64,000 nt of DNA from Nannocystales bacterium (lineage in GTDB: Bacteria > Myxococcota_A > Polyangia > Nannocystales > Nannocystaceae): the NCBI GenBank assembly GCA_050633305.1, contig JBOEGF010000005.1, positions 160,001 to 224,000 of the forward strand. The letters are read 5' to 3'. Each line of letters begins with the position of its first letter. Positions within the stretch are counted from its first letter, which is position 1. Shown in pieces: positions 1 through 9,648 of this stretch. The notes beneath the pieces are model-generated. The model was not told the origin of the DNA. It made no database searches and saw nothing but the letters and a program-made list of their open reading frames with translations. The position numbers and the translations under genes are program-made.

Positions 1-1
1 C

Positions 2-244
2 GCAGCCAACACGGGTTGCACGATCGACTCGGACTGCATGGCCGTGGACAGCTCCTGCTACGTCGACGACTGTTCCATCACGGCGCTCAGTGTTGAGGCC
101 GACACGCTGGAGTGGGCCCGCTTAGACGACGCTGGCTTTGGCTGTTCCTTCGGCGACGCGCCGGGGGCTGGTTGCAACTACGTCGGGGAGTGTGATGCCG
201 GCGTCGAGTGTAGCGATCAGGGGGTGTGCGTCGCGGTTCCCTGA
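2..244 (+). CDS. Partial (5'-truncated) Cys-rich extracellular protein, C-terminal end
   Basis: Frame is open from position 2 (AANTGCTIDSDCMAVDSSCYVDDC...CSDQGVCVAVP) to TGA; Cys/Asp-rich like other myxobacterial surface proteins. Confidence 0.65.
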   Translation, partial: AANTGCTIDSDCMAVDSSCYVDDCSITALSVEADTLEWARLDDAGFGCSFGDAPGAGCNYVGECDAGVECSDQGVCVAVP

Positions 245-319
245 GGGAGCCGAGCGTCCTGGCGACACGGCGCAGGAGTGGAAGAAGAGGAGTGAGACGT
301 CGTGTTGGGGCGTCTGCGC

Positions 320-835
320 TCAGCCTGCGATTGCTGCCGCAGGCATGACTTCGACCGTGTCGACGAGTTGCGCGACGGGAGTGTCGAGCACCGCAAGCAC
401 GGCGAGGCTTGCCTCTCCGCGCGTGCCGATCAGAAGTTGCACGACGCTGGCGCGTGCCAGTGCGGTGTCGCCACGGTGGCCTGCCTCAACCTGCGCGTAC
501 GCGTGGTCTAGCGGCTTCAGAGCGCGGCCGACGGGGCGTACCAACGTGGGGCTCAGCAGTCGCTGTAGCTGGCATAGAACCTCCCGGTTGGTCGTCGCCT
601 CCGCTGGGCTCAGCTTCGCATCTGCGATGAACGCCCTGCCGAGATGGTGCCAAGCGTCGTCGACGCGTGCCGTCGCGATCGCCAAGCGGGCTGCTTCGAC
701 AGCTCGTTCAGCCCGGGCCTCGCGGGATTGGCTTCGTCGGCGATAGCCCAAGAACAGGCCGATGGCCGGAAGCCCCAGGGCGAGTGACCAGACGATGGGG
801 CCGACGTGCACAGCGACGAGTGAGGCGACCATCAC
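320..835 (-). CDS. Hypothetical membrane-anchored protein
   Basis: 171 aa ORF; N-terminal hydrophobic helix (IVWSLALGLPAIGLFLGY) followed by RRR, then a helical soluble region. Confidence 0.6.
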   Translation of the reverse strand: MMVASLVAVHVGPIVWSLALGLPAIGLFLGYRRRSQSREARAERAVEAARLAIATARVDDAWHHLGRAFIADAKLSPAEATTNREVLCQLQRLLSPTLVRPVGRALKPLDHAYAQVEAGHRGDTALARASVVQLLIGTRGEASLAVLAVLDTPVAQLVDTVEVMPAAAIAG

Positions 836-1085
836 TTTTCAGACGGGCGACCGGGCCGCCGGTTGCGTGTCCAAGCGGTGTCGGCATCCGCGCCGCTCGC
901 ATAGACCGCGGCCTGCGAGCTCGCGGATGGCCCGCTGCTGCGGCCGGAAACCTCCGTATTCCTCCGGGCCTAGAGGCGATGCGCGCTACGCGAGCGGTCG
1001 GCTGAGAACCCGGGATCGCGGGAGTCCCGCGCGTGAGCGATCTGTGAACGCAGGCGGCTCCGCATTCCACTATCCTGCGCGGTCT

Positions 1086-2534
1086 ATGGGCTTCCTGAGC
1101 CGATTTAAGGATGCGCTCGATCCAGACAACGTCCTGATGGAAGTCATGAATGGCTTCATCGAGGGGGTCGCGATGAAGCGTTCACTGGGCGTCGATCAGG
1201 AGACGTGGTCGCCGGGCAATCCGCTCAAGCTTTGCCTGGCTGGGTACGTCGGCACGCGCAACACCGGCGCTGATGTGCGGGTGGAGGAAATGATCCGCCA
1301 GTTCCGACACGTGGTCGGCGACGACGACCTCGAGCTGACGATCATGTCGGTGAACCTCGCTCGGACTGCGGGTTACTTCCGCACGGTCCGCCAAGTCGAG
1401 CTTCCGGTCGTCTTCCCGAAGTTCCTCTTCGAGGAGTGCCCGAAGCATCACGGCGTGATCTCGTGTGAGGGCTCGATGTTCAAGTCGAAGTTCGCCAACG
1501 CGTTGTCCACGATGATGGCCGGTGCGCTCGGAATCGCTGCAGTCGAAGACAAGCTGGCCGTAGGTTACGGGGCCGAGGCCGGCGGAATGACGCCGCAGCT
1601 ACGGGACTTCGTGAAGAAGCACTGCAAGCACGCGCTGGTGCAATGCCGCAACAACCCGTCCCGTGAAGTGCTCGGCCGTTTGGGCGTACGCACCACGGGG
1701 GGGACAGACACGGCGTGGACCTTCGATCCCGGTTCCCCCGAGATCGGCGAGAAACTGCTCCGGGAAAAGGGCTGGGACGGCAAGAAGAAGGTCATCGTGA
1801 TCTGTCCGATCAACCCGTTCTGGTGGCCGGTCAAGCCCGACCTGGGCAAGGCGGCTGCGCAGACCCTGGTTGGCCAATACAAGAGCGAGCACTACCGATC
1901 GTTCTACTACCACCACAGCTCCGAGGAAGCCGACCTGCAGTACGACACCTACCTGCAGGGGATCGCCGATGGGCTCGAGCGCTTCCTGCAGGAGGATGAC
2001 GCGTTCACGATTCTCGTCGGCATGGAGCGTGTCGATCGGCAGTCCGCGGAAGCGCTCTCGGAGCGGCTGACGGTCAAGCCGCCGATGTTCATCAGCGACG
2101 ACTACGACATGTACGAGATGGTCTCGGTGCTGCGTCGCTGCTCGGCGATGATCAGCTCCCGCTTCCATGCGGTCGTCACGTCGATGCCCGGGCTTGTTCC
2201 CTCGGGCGGCATCACGATGGATGAGCGCATCCGCAACCTGATGAACGACCGTGGCCACCCGGAGCTCTTCGTCGAGGTCGACGAGGAGCACCTCGATGAG
2301 AAGGTCTACGCGATGCTTCGTCGGCTCTGGGACGACGGTGAAAAGATCTCGGACGACATCGGCCGCGTCCTCCCCAATCAGTTCAAACTGATGGGGCAGA
2401 TGGGGATCGACTTCATGGACGAAGTGCAGCGGGTCTACCCAGAGTTCCCCCGTCGGGACCTCCCCAACGATCCGATGGCCCACTTGCCGCCTCTATCGCC
2501 CCACCTGCAGGGTTTGATGGAAAAATACGGCTGA
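1086..2534 (+). CDS. Polysaccharide pyruvyl transferase family protein (WcaK/CsaB-like)
   Basis: GYVGTRNTGAD (family pattern GYYG.xNxGD), SSRFHAVV (R.HA motif); start trimmed to ATG 1086 in the frame of ORF 762..2534. Confidence 0.75.
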   Translation: MGFLSRFKDALDPDNVLMEVMNGFIEGVAMKRSLGVDQETWSPGNPLKLCLAGYVGTRNTGADVRVEEMIRQFRHVVGDDDLELTIMSVNLARTAGYFRTVRQVELPVVFPKFLFEECPKHHGVISCEGSMFKSKFANALSTMMAGALGIAAVEDKLAVGYGAEAGGMTPQLRDFVKKHCKHALVQCRNNPSREVLGRLGVRTTGGTDTAWTFDPGSPEIGEKLLREKGWDGKKKVIVICPINPFWWPVKPDLGKAAAQTLVGQYKSEHYRSFYYHHSSEEADLQYDTYLQGIADGLERFLQEDDAFTILVGMERVDRQSAEALSERLTVKPPMFISDDYDMYEMVSVLRRCSAMISSRFHAVVTSMPGLVPSGGITMDERIRNLMNDRGHPELFVEVDEEHLDEKVYAMLRRLWDDGEKISDDIGRVLPNQFKLMGQMGIDFMDEVQRVYPEFPRRDLPNDPMAHLPPLSPHLQGLMEKYG

Positions 2535-2673
2535 GGCCCGCACTTCTCCCGACCGGGGTGGATCCCCCTGCGCCGGCAGTCTTGAAAGTGTTGGCGGTTG
2601 ACCCCGAACAGAGGGTGCGAACTGGCTTACACTGGTTGCGGTGCAAGCAACGGGTGAAGCCGATGGCGAAAAG

Positions 2674-4038
2674 ATGCTTCGGTGTGCCGTCGTCGGAACT
2701 CTCAGCGTCGAGGGCCTCAACCCGTACGCGGATTTCGATTTCGCGCACGACGTTGCGAAGCGTCAGCTCTTCGAGCCTCCGGTCTCCAAGGCGGAAGACA
2801 GTCTGCTTGAAGTGGTCGACGGGCTTGCCGGGGGCGCAGTCACCGGACGTCTCCGTACAGGCGCACGCCTCAGCGACGGCACCGCGGTCGACGTCGAGAT
2901 GGTGGCGGCTGCCCTGAGTCGGTCCCCTTGGTATCAGCCGCTGCTCGACGTCTCCACCCGAGGGGATCGGGTCGTCTTCACGCCCAAAGGCCGGGCGTTC
3001 GATGTCCGTGCGTTCCTCGGGTCAGACCGGGTTCGGTTCGGGGTCCAGGTCGGGGGCGCGTGGGTTGGGACCGGTCGGTACCGCGTCGTCGAAACCAACG
3101 ACCAGGGGATTCGGCTCGAGGCCAATCCCTACCACCCGCGCCCGCCGTCGATTTCCGAGGTGATGCTGCGCGGTTACGAGCCTAGCGACGCTTGCGAGAG
3201 AATTCGCGCCGACATCTCGACCGAAGACATCGACCTCACCGCAGCGCTCAGTCGAGAAGAGCTTGCCGATGTCCGTGGGGTCCGGAAGCTGTTCGCGGCG
3301 GGCACGAGCACTGCGTTGTTGTGGCTCAACACGCGACTCTTGTCGCAGCCGATCCGCTCGGCGATCGCCAAGGGCATCGATCGCTACACCGTGCTCGCGA
3401 CGACGTACGACAACCCGATGGCGTTCCTCGCCCCGTCTGTGATGCCGCCTGGGCAGGGGACGATTCGCATGCGGCTCCCGTATGAGCGGGCGGATGCCGA
3501 GCGGTCTTTGCGTTCGCTCGAGCTGCCCTCTGGCCCCTTGCGGATGATTGTGGTCTGGGGACGGCGTCCGTACATGCCGGATCCGGACAAGTGGTCGGCG
3601 GAGCTGGCGCGGCAGCTCGGCGGGTTGGGCCTTCAGGTCGAGCTCGTACAGACGTCCACCCTCGAGGACTATCAACAGCAGCTCGCGTCTGGCGACTATG
3701 CGCTCGCGCTGGGCGGTTGGAACGCGGTGTCTCCGTCTCCGTCCGAGTTCGTGGACGCGATGCTGCACTCCAGCATGATCCCCAAGGGGGCCGGCTCCAC
3801 GGGTTGCAACTACGGCTGGGTCGAGGACGCCGAGATGGACGCCGCACTGCAGGCATTCCGCTCTGTGCCCTCGCGGGAGCACGAGCAGGCGCTCTTGCAT
3901 CGTGTCGAATCGTCCGCGCCGGTCATCCCGCTGGCCTATGGGACGACCTCCATCGCGGCGCGGTGGGATATCGAAGGCATCGAGCCCTCCGACGGAGCGA
4001 TCTTTGACCTCGCCCAGCTCCGCTGGAGTGACTCGTGA
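2674..4038 (+). CDS. ABC-type solute-binding protein, family 5 (DppA/OppA-like), no obvious signal peptide
   Basis: VGTGRYRV, LEANPYH, IRSAIAKGIDR, ASGDYALALGGW and APVIPL match SBP_bac_5 hallmarks; start uncertain (2641 or 2674). Confidence 0.7.
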   Translation: MLRCAVVGTLSVEGLNPYADFDFAHDVAKRQLFEPPVSKAEDSLLEVVDGLAGGAVTGRLRTGARLSDGTAVDVEMVAAALSRSPWYQPLLDVSTRGDRVVFTPKGRAFDVRAFLGSDRVRFGVQVGGAWVGTGRYRVVETNDQGIRLEANPYHPRPPSISEVMLRGYEPSDACERIRADISTEDIDLTAALSREELADVRGVRKLFAAGTSTALLWLNTRLLSQPIRSAIAKGIDRYTVLATTYDNPMAFLAPSVMPPGQGTIRMRLPYERADAERSLRSLELPSGPLRMIVVWGRRPYMPDPDKWSAELARQLGGLGLQVELVQTSTLEDYQQQLASGDYALALGGWNAVSPSPSEFVDAMLHSSMIPKGAGSTGCNYGWVEDAEMDAALQAFRSVPSREHEQALLHRVESSAPVIPLAYGTTSIAARWDIEGIEPSDGAIFDLAQLRWSDS

Positions 4039-4047
4039 GCGTACGGG

Positions 4048-7000
4048 TCAGTACGACACGCTCTTCTTCCAGGCGCGGAGCTGAGAGAGTTCCGGCGCGC
4101 CCACATCGTTGGCCTCGGCGAACACCACCTCGACTTCCTCGATGAGCTCGCGGGCACCGTCGCGTTCGTCCTGATCCCACATCAGCTTCGCGAGCTCGAA
4201 CCGGGTGGCGTTGACCGTGAGCGGGTCGATGTCGAAAGCCGCAAAGATCTCGACGGACTCTTCGAGAAGCGCCCTCGCACGCTTCGGTTCCCCGATCTTG
4301 ATGTGGGCCACGCCGATGGCCGAGAGGGTTTGCGCGACGAAGGGGTGGTTGCGCCCCAATGCGTGCTCATCGATCTCGAGGCTGCGGCGCATCGCGTCGA
4401 GCGCACGCTCATGTTCGCCCTGCCGGAGCCGAACCGAGCCGAGGTTGAACCAGTGGCCGCTCGAGTCCGCTTGCATCGGTCCGAGCTCGGCCTCGATCAG
4501 CGCGATGGCTTGGACGAGGTTCGCCTCCGCCTTGTCGAAGTTGTCGGCCCGCATATGCGCGACGCCGAGGTTTCCGACGGGGCGAGCGAGATCAACGCCA
4601 TGGTGGTCTCCCGACTCGTACGCGCGGATCGATCGCTCGAACAGGACGATTGCCTCGGCGTCCTTGTTCAGGGAGAGGAGCGAGGTGCCCATGTTGTTCA
4701 AGGACATGGCGACGCGGATGTCGTCGGTGCCGTAGAGCGCGACCTCCGTCTCGTAGACTCGCCGGAAGTAGTCGTGCGAGGCTTGGTGGTCGCCGCGCAT
4801 TTGCTCGAGGTTGCCGAGGTTGTTGATGATCGAGATGTGCCGGTTGTTGAACCGGCCGACCTCGAGCTCGGTCTTGTCCATGGCGCTCTGGAAGGCGGTC
4901 TCTGCGGCGTCGAGTTCTCCGAGTTCGAGGCAGGCGATGCCGAAGTTGCTCTGGGCCTCGGCGTGGAGGAGTGGGTCGGGGTTCTCCAGACTCTCGTACA
5001 GCGCGAGGGTCTCCCGGAAGCGCTCGCGAGCGAGCTCGTAGTTGGTGTTGCGCAGCGCGACCAACCCCACCGTTCGGATGTGCTCGGCGCGTAGCGAGCC
5101 GGCATCGTCGCCGAGTCGTTCCACCGCGGCCTGGGCGAGTCGCTCCCATCGCTCGGCGAGCTTCGGGCGTGCCAAGCGGTAGCCGTAGGTCAGGTGCAAC
5201 TCCACGGCAATTCGTGCTGCGAGTCGGTCTTGGTGTGCGGTCTGAGCGGTGTGAAACGCCTGGTCGAGAAGCTTCGCCGCATCGACTCGAAGCCCCTGGG
5301 CGTCGAGGAGGTCCGCGCGGCGGTACTGCGCTTCGGCCAAGAGCGGCGCAAAGTCGAGAAGCTCCGCTTCGTGCAAGACTCGCGCGGTGACGTCGTCCGC
5401 ACGTTCATAGCGGTGCAGGCCGAGCAGGGGCGGGATGGTCGAAAGCTCTTCGGCGAGGCTCTCCACCCGATCTCGAATCTCCGGCGGCGCGGTCGCATGC
5501 TTGTCGGGCGCCGCCGCGTCGCAGGATGCGATGTTTGGTAGGGCCGACACGGCCTCCGGCGAGTTGCGCAACGTGAGTGCATCGCCCGTCGCGACGACCT
5601 CGACCAGCACGGAGAACTGTTCGAGCGCGCGATACAGACAGGTTCTCTGTGCGGCGCGTCGCTCTGGGGCTGCGTTGGCGGCCTCGCAGACTCGGACCCT
5701 CGAGGCCGACCACTCGTCCGCGAAGCTGGAGAGCTTTGCATCGAGTCGGGCATGTTCCGCATCGGGGTTGGAAATGCCAGACGCGTGGAAGGCGTCGCGG
5801 AGCTGCTCTCGTCGGTCGGCGTTCCAAACCGACGCCGCTTCCTCTTGCGTCGACGCGCAGGGGTCTGCGACGGGGACCACCGCCGCGAGAGCGACTCCCG
5901 AGCCCACGAGTCCGGCGACGACGAGCCCACCGACAGCACGCGGCCGGCTCCCGCCTCGACTGAGGGCACGCAGGAGTTCGTCCATGCTGGGCCAGCGAGC
6001 CTCGGCATCTCCGAGAAGGCCGCGAAGGATGACGGAGTGGATCCGCTTGGAGACGAGGGACCCACGCGGCGGGGGGCGGACATTCCCAGCGAGGATGTTC
6101 CGGACCTTCTGCTTGCTCCTGCGACCCAGGAATGGAACCTGGCCATAGAGCGCCTCGTACAGGGTCAAGCAGAAGCTGAACTGGTCGGTGCTCGGCGTCA
6201 CCGGCTCGCCCCGCATCTGCTCGGGCGACATGTACCGCGGCGTGCCGACGATCAACCGTTTGGGCGGGAGGATGTCGTCCGACGAGCTCCCTGTCCCCGT
6301 CGCGCCGGTTTGCGTCTCGGACCGGAACACGCGTCGCGCGATCCCAAAGTCCACCACGCGCACTCGGCCGTCCTCTCCGACCAGGATGTTGGTCGGCTTG
6401 AAGTCGCAGTGAACGAGCTCCACGGCGTGGGCGGAGGCCAAGCCCCGTCCGGCGGCCACCAAGACGTCGAGAATCTCAGAGACGGATCGTTCGGAGGCGT
6501 CGAGCCACGCCCGGAAGTTCTTCCCGCGGACCAGCTCCATCGCCATGTAGAGCCGTCCTTCTCGATCGTAGCCCACGTCGTACACCGGGACGACGTTGGG
6601 ATGGTTGAGACCCGCGAGGGACCGGGCTTCGGCGAGAAGGACCTGCTCTTCCTTGGGCTCACCGACGTCGAGGCGCATCACCTTCAACGCCACCCGGCGG
6701 TCGAGTTCGACGTCGCGGGCGGCATAGACGACGCTCATCCCACCGGCGCCAACCTGCTCCTCGAGTTCGTACCGGTCGAGCTCTGGACGGTCGAATGCCT
6801 CGGTGAGGCTGGCGCGAGCACTCGCGTTGACTGGCACGGTCGGCGAGGTGACATCCTCTTTCCGCTGTTGCGTGTCCGAGTCGTCGTCGAGTTCGTGCAC
6901 GGCCAGGTTCGAGGATACCGCGGCGAGCCGCCGCGGGGCGCTCGGCGGGTTGGCCTGGGGCGTGTCCCGGCGTCCGTCGCAATCGAAACACGACTCGCTT

Positions 7001-7065
7001 TCCGCGCCGGGGGGCTCGGATGGAGCGTCGGCGACGGGTCGACAGGGCAGCACCGCGGAGCGCAT
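4048..7065 (-). CDS. Membrane Ser/Thr protein kinase with C-terminal TPR repeats
   Basis: VGAGGMSVVY, VALK, HCDFKPTN, DFG, GTPRYMSPE, a TM segment, then repeated SLNNMG/NNLG TPR units; true start may be nearer 6900. Confidence 0.92.
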   Translation of the reverse strand: MRSAVLPCRPVADAPSEPPGAESESCFDCDGRRDTPQANPPSAPRRLAAVSSNLAVHELDDDSDTQQRKEDVTSPTVPVNASARASLTEAFDRPELDRYELEEQVGAGGMSVVYAARDVELDRRVALKVMRLDVGEPKEEQVLLAEARSLAGLNHPNVVPVYDVGYDREGRLYMAMELVRGKNFRAWLDASERSVSEILDVLVAAGRGLASAHAVELVHCDFKPTNILVGEDGRVRVVDFGIARRVFRSETQTGATGTGSSSDDILPPKRLIVGTPRYMSPEQMRGEPVTPSTDQFSFCLTLYEALYGQVPFLGRRSKQKVRNILAGNVRPPPRGSLVSKRIHSVILRGLLGDAEARWPSMDELLRALSRGGSRPRAVGGLVVAGLVGSGVALAAVVPVADPCASTQEEAASVWNADRREQLRDAFHASGISNPDAEHARLDAKLSSFADEWSASRVRVCEAANAAPERRAAQRTCLYRALEQFSVLVEVVATGDALTLRNSPEAVSALPNIASCDAAAPDKHATAPPEIRDRVESLAEELSTIPPLLGLHRYERADDVTARVLHEAELLDFAPLLAEAQYRRADLLDAQGLRVDAAKLLDQAFHTAQTAHQDRLAARIAVELHLTYGYRLARPKLAERWERLAQAAVERLGDDAGSLRAEHIRTVGLVALRNTNYELARERFRETLALYESLENPDPLLHAEAQSNFGIACLELGELDAAETAFQSAMDKTELEVGRFNNRHISIINNLGNLEQMRGDHQASHDYFRRVYETEVALYGTDDIRVAMSLNNMGTSLLSLNKDAEAIVLFERSIRAYESGDHHGVDLARPVGNLGVAHMRADNFDKAEANLVQAIALIEAELGPMQADSSGHWFNLGSVRLRQGEHERALDAMRRSLEIDEHALGRNHPFVAQTLSAIGVAHIKIGEPKRARALLEESVEIFAAFDIDPLTVNATRFELAKLMWDQDERDGARELIEEVEVVFAEANDVGAPELSQLRAWKKSVSY

Positions 7066-7212
7066 CGACAGCTTCGCGCCGGACTTGAGCGAATTCAGCC
7101 GCCGATCCGCGCGGATGTTGGATGTTGCGATCCGGTTCCCCGGGTGCGGTTGCTTGGCGTGCGCTGACCCTGGCGGGCAGGTACGCGTGACGGGTTCACC
7201 CCGCAGCGCCCT

Positions 7213-7566
7213 CTACGCGAGTACGCGATGGAGCAGTCCGTCGAAGTCGTTCGCGGACTCGAGTGGCCCGCCGAGCGAGGCGATGACGAAGCTGCGCTCG
7301 CCAACGCTCAGGCGGTGCGTGAACACGCCCGCCGTGGACCAGCCGTGCTCATCGCAGGGGCTCGCCACGTTGTGTCCTGCGTTGGCAGCGGAGCCGACTG
7401 CGGCAAGCACTTCGAGATCCTCGTCGCCGACACCGCCGAGCAGCATGCCCTCGTCCGATGCGACGACCGCGGCGCGCACTCCGGGGCTGCCCGCGTTCTT
7501 CGCGAGGAAGATTCGGATGGCGCGGCTGGGGTCTTCGCTGCGAAGGACACGTCGCTCGGTCTGCAT
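7213..7566 (-). CDS. Small Roadblock/LC7-like (MglB-fold-like) protein
   Basis: 117 aa from ATG 7566; GVRAAVVASDEGMLLG...LAAVGS pattern resembles the roadblock beta-hairpin and helix. Confidence 0.5.
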   Translation of the reverse strand: MQTERRVLRSEDPSRAIRIFLAKNAGSPGVRAAVVASDEGMLLGGVGDEDLEVLAAVGSAANAGHNVASPCDEHGWSTAGVFTHRLSVGERSFVIASLGGPLESANDFDGLLHRVLA

Positions 7567-7708
7567 TGGCAGCAGCTTGCCGCATCGGGCCGATGTCGCG
7601 AAAAAACCGACATCTGGCAGATCACGCGCTGCGAGACCTCCGCTGATCTTTTCCTTCAAGTCCGCGCATGTTCCGGGCGATTCGGCTGCGAGGAGCAACG
7701 GATTCACG

Positions 7709-8104
7709 ATGGCGTTTTTGGATTGGACCGGAGTGTCGCAGGTCGGCGTGCAAACCATGGATCTCGAGCACGGGTTGCTCGTGAAGCAGATGAACGATCT
7801 GCACGCTCACTGGACCGCGGACGCGCCGCGCCCCATCGTCGGGCGTGCGCTCCAGGTCCTGTACGACGGGACCCTGTCTCACTTCCGGCATGAAGAAGCC
7901 CACATGCGGCAGCATCGGCACTCTGGATACGACGCGCACTGTCGGATCCATCGAGAGCTGTTGCAGACGCTCACCCGTTTTCGCGATGCCTTCGTCAAGG
8001 ACGGTTCGACGCTCGACCAGGAATTCTTCGACTTCCTCAGAGTGTGGCTGTCGAGTCACATCCTCGACGTCGATGCGGGATACGCCGACGCACTCGCGGC
8101 ATGA
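7709..8104 (+). CDS. Bacteriohemerythrin
   Basis: W...VGV..MDLEH, HFRHEE, HCRIH and WLSSHILDVD: complete hemerythrin di-iron ligand set; GAGGAG upstream of ATG 7709. Confidence 0.92.
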   Translation: MAFLDWTGVSQVGVQTMDLEHGLLVKQMNDLHAHWTADAPRPIVGRALQVLYDGTLSHFRHEEAHMRQHRHSGYDAHCRIHRELLQTLTRFRDAFVKDGSTLDQEFFDFLRVWLSSHILDVDAGYADALAA

Positions 8105-8113
8105 GCCGGAGCG

Positions 8114-9589
8114 CTACCAGCTGAACACACCCGAGGGGCCCTCAGCAGCCGGGTCGACTGCGAGTGTGCCTTCGGGCAGTGCGTTGACGTGCATGCCACG
8201 GGCTCGGGGCACCCGGACACACGTCGGGGTGTCGTCGAGGCGGCACGCCACGTAGACCTCGGGGCTGTCGTCCCGGGTGTTGGCACGCGCGAGGCCCAAG
8301 ACGTAGCGGCGCTCTTGGGATTCCGCGAGTTGGCGCGCGTACAGCCGGAGTTTGCCGAGCCGGGAGTTGCGGCGGGCATCGAAGAGAGGGGCGGAGAGCC
8401 ACCAGCCACCGGAGCCGTGCAACGCAAGACGGACTCCCCCTTCCTTCTTGGCGCGGACCATCTTCACGTCCGACCAGCCCTTGGGGAGCCGCTCGGCATC
8501 GAGCCGGGGCGGCTGATCGTGGCCCCGGCCGATTTTCTTTGCGCAACCGCCAATGCTGCGACAAAGCTTCGCGAGGGAGGATGGCCCCTCCAGGCTCAGC
8601 TCGAACGCTTCGGGCACAGGCTGGACGTCCCCGCACTGTACGGGGCTTGTCGTGTCCTCTTCGCACGCCTGCGCACAGGTCTGAACCGCGTCTGCCGCAA
8701 GCGTGTCGCGAACTCCGGTGTCGCAAGCGAGTTGGCAGCGGACCGCACAGGGTTGCTCAGCGGCGATCAGCTCGCGGGGGCTCTCACCCTCTCGAACCCC
8801 GCGAAGGAATCCGGTCAGTCCAGCGTCGCGCCACCGTGCACCCCGTTGTCGGTACACACCGGTCAGGCTGTCGGCGTCGGCTGCGAACGAGAACTCGATG
8901 ATGCCGTGGGGCCCGACGTTGCTCTCGAGATGAAACGCCGCTGTGGCGAAGGCTTCCCGGGAGCCGTCACCGAGCTCGAGCTGTGCCGACGCACGCTGCA
9001 GTCGCGCCTCGGAGAACATCCGGGCGGTGTAGCCGGTCTTGGTCAGCACTGCCGAGGCGACGCAGTTCTCGACGTCCACGTTGAGCGTGTAGAACCCGTT
9101 GAGGCCCGAGGACTGCACGACCCGCGACCCCGTGACCTCGGTTGTGAAGGTCCACTGGCCTCCGAGGTTCTCGAGTTTGGGGCAGCCCGCCGCAGCCACC
9201 GGTTCTGGCACGCGAGCGGGCTCCAATGCTGGTGGGGCCGCCGTGGTCGGGGGTTCAGCGGCGGGAGGGGATGCCGGAGTTGCGCTGATTGTGTTGTACG
9301 CGAGCGCGCCAACGCCCAGCGCCGCGGCAGTCCCGAGCATCGCGACCCACGGAACTCGGCGTGAGGGCGTGGGCTCCTCGAAGTGGAGCTCGGGATGGGT
9401 ATCTGCCGGCGGGCGCACGCTTCCGGGCTCGGTCCATTCGAGCGATGGCGTGTGGGTCTCGACGGCTGTGATCTCGGTCGACGACTCCGAAGGTCCTGGG
9501 ACAGGCGAGCGCAAAGGGGCACCGCACTCGCGGCATGCCTCATCTTCGGGCCGCGCTTTTGCGCCGCACAGCTCGCATCGTTCCGACAC
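8114..9589 (-). CDS. Zinc-ribbon-containing membrane protein with large extracytoplasmic domain
   Basis: N-terminal CELC-x10-CREC, Pro/Glu-rich linker, TM helix, Cys-containing C-terminal region. Confidence 0.7.
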   Translation of the reverse strand: MSERCELCGAKARPEDEACRECGAPLRSPVPGPSESSTEITAVETHTPSLEWTEPGSVRPPADTHPELHFEEPTPSRRVPWVAMLGTAAALGVGALAYNTISATPASPPAAEPPTTAAPPALEPARVPEPVAAAGCPKLENLGGQWTFTTEVTGSRVVQSSGLNGFYTLNVDVENCVASAVLTKTGYTARMFSEARLQRASAQLELGDGSREAFATAAFHLESNVGPHGIIEFSFAADADSLTGVYRQRGARWRDAGLTGFLRGVREGESPRELIAAEQPCAVRCQLACDTGVRDTLAADAVQTCAQACEEDTTSPVQCGDVQPVPEAFELSLEGPSSLAKLCRSIGGCAKKIGRGHDQPPRLDAERLPKGWSDVKMVRAKKEGGVRLALHGSGGWWLSAPLFDARRNSRLGKLRLYARQLAESQERRYVLGLARANTRDDSPEVYVACRLDDTPTCVRVPRARGMHVNALPEGTLAVDPAAEGPSGVFSW

Positions 9590-9648
9590 CAGCCTCTACT
9601 TTAATGGACGATCGGTCTCCGCTCCAAGCCGATCGGCAGCATCAGGCT

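Noticed and set aside
1017..1031. Palindrome CGCGGGAGTCCCGCG, with a similar one at 53960-53975, as a shared operator
   Set aside because: Short, GC-only arms with different spacers are expected by chance in such GC-rich DNA
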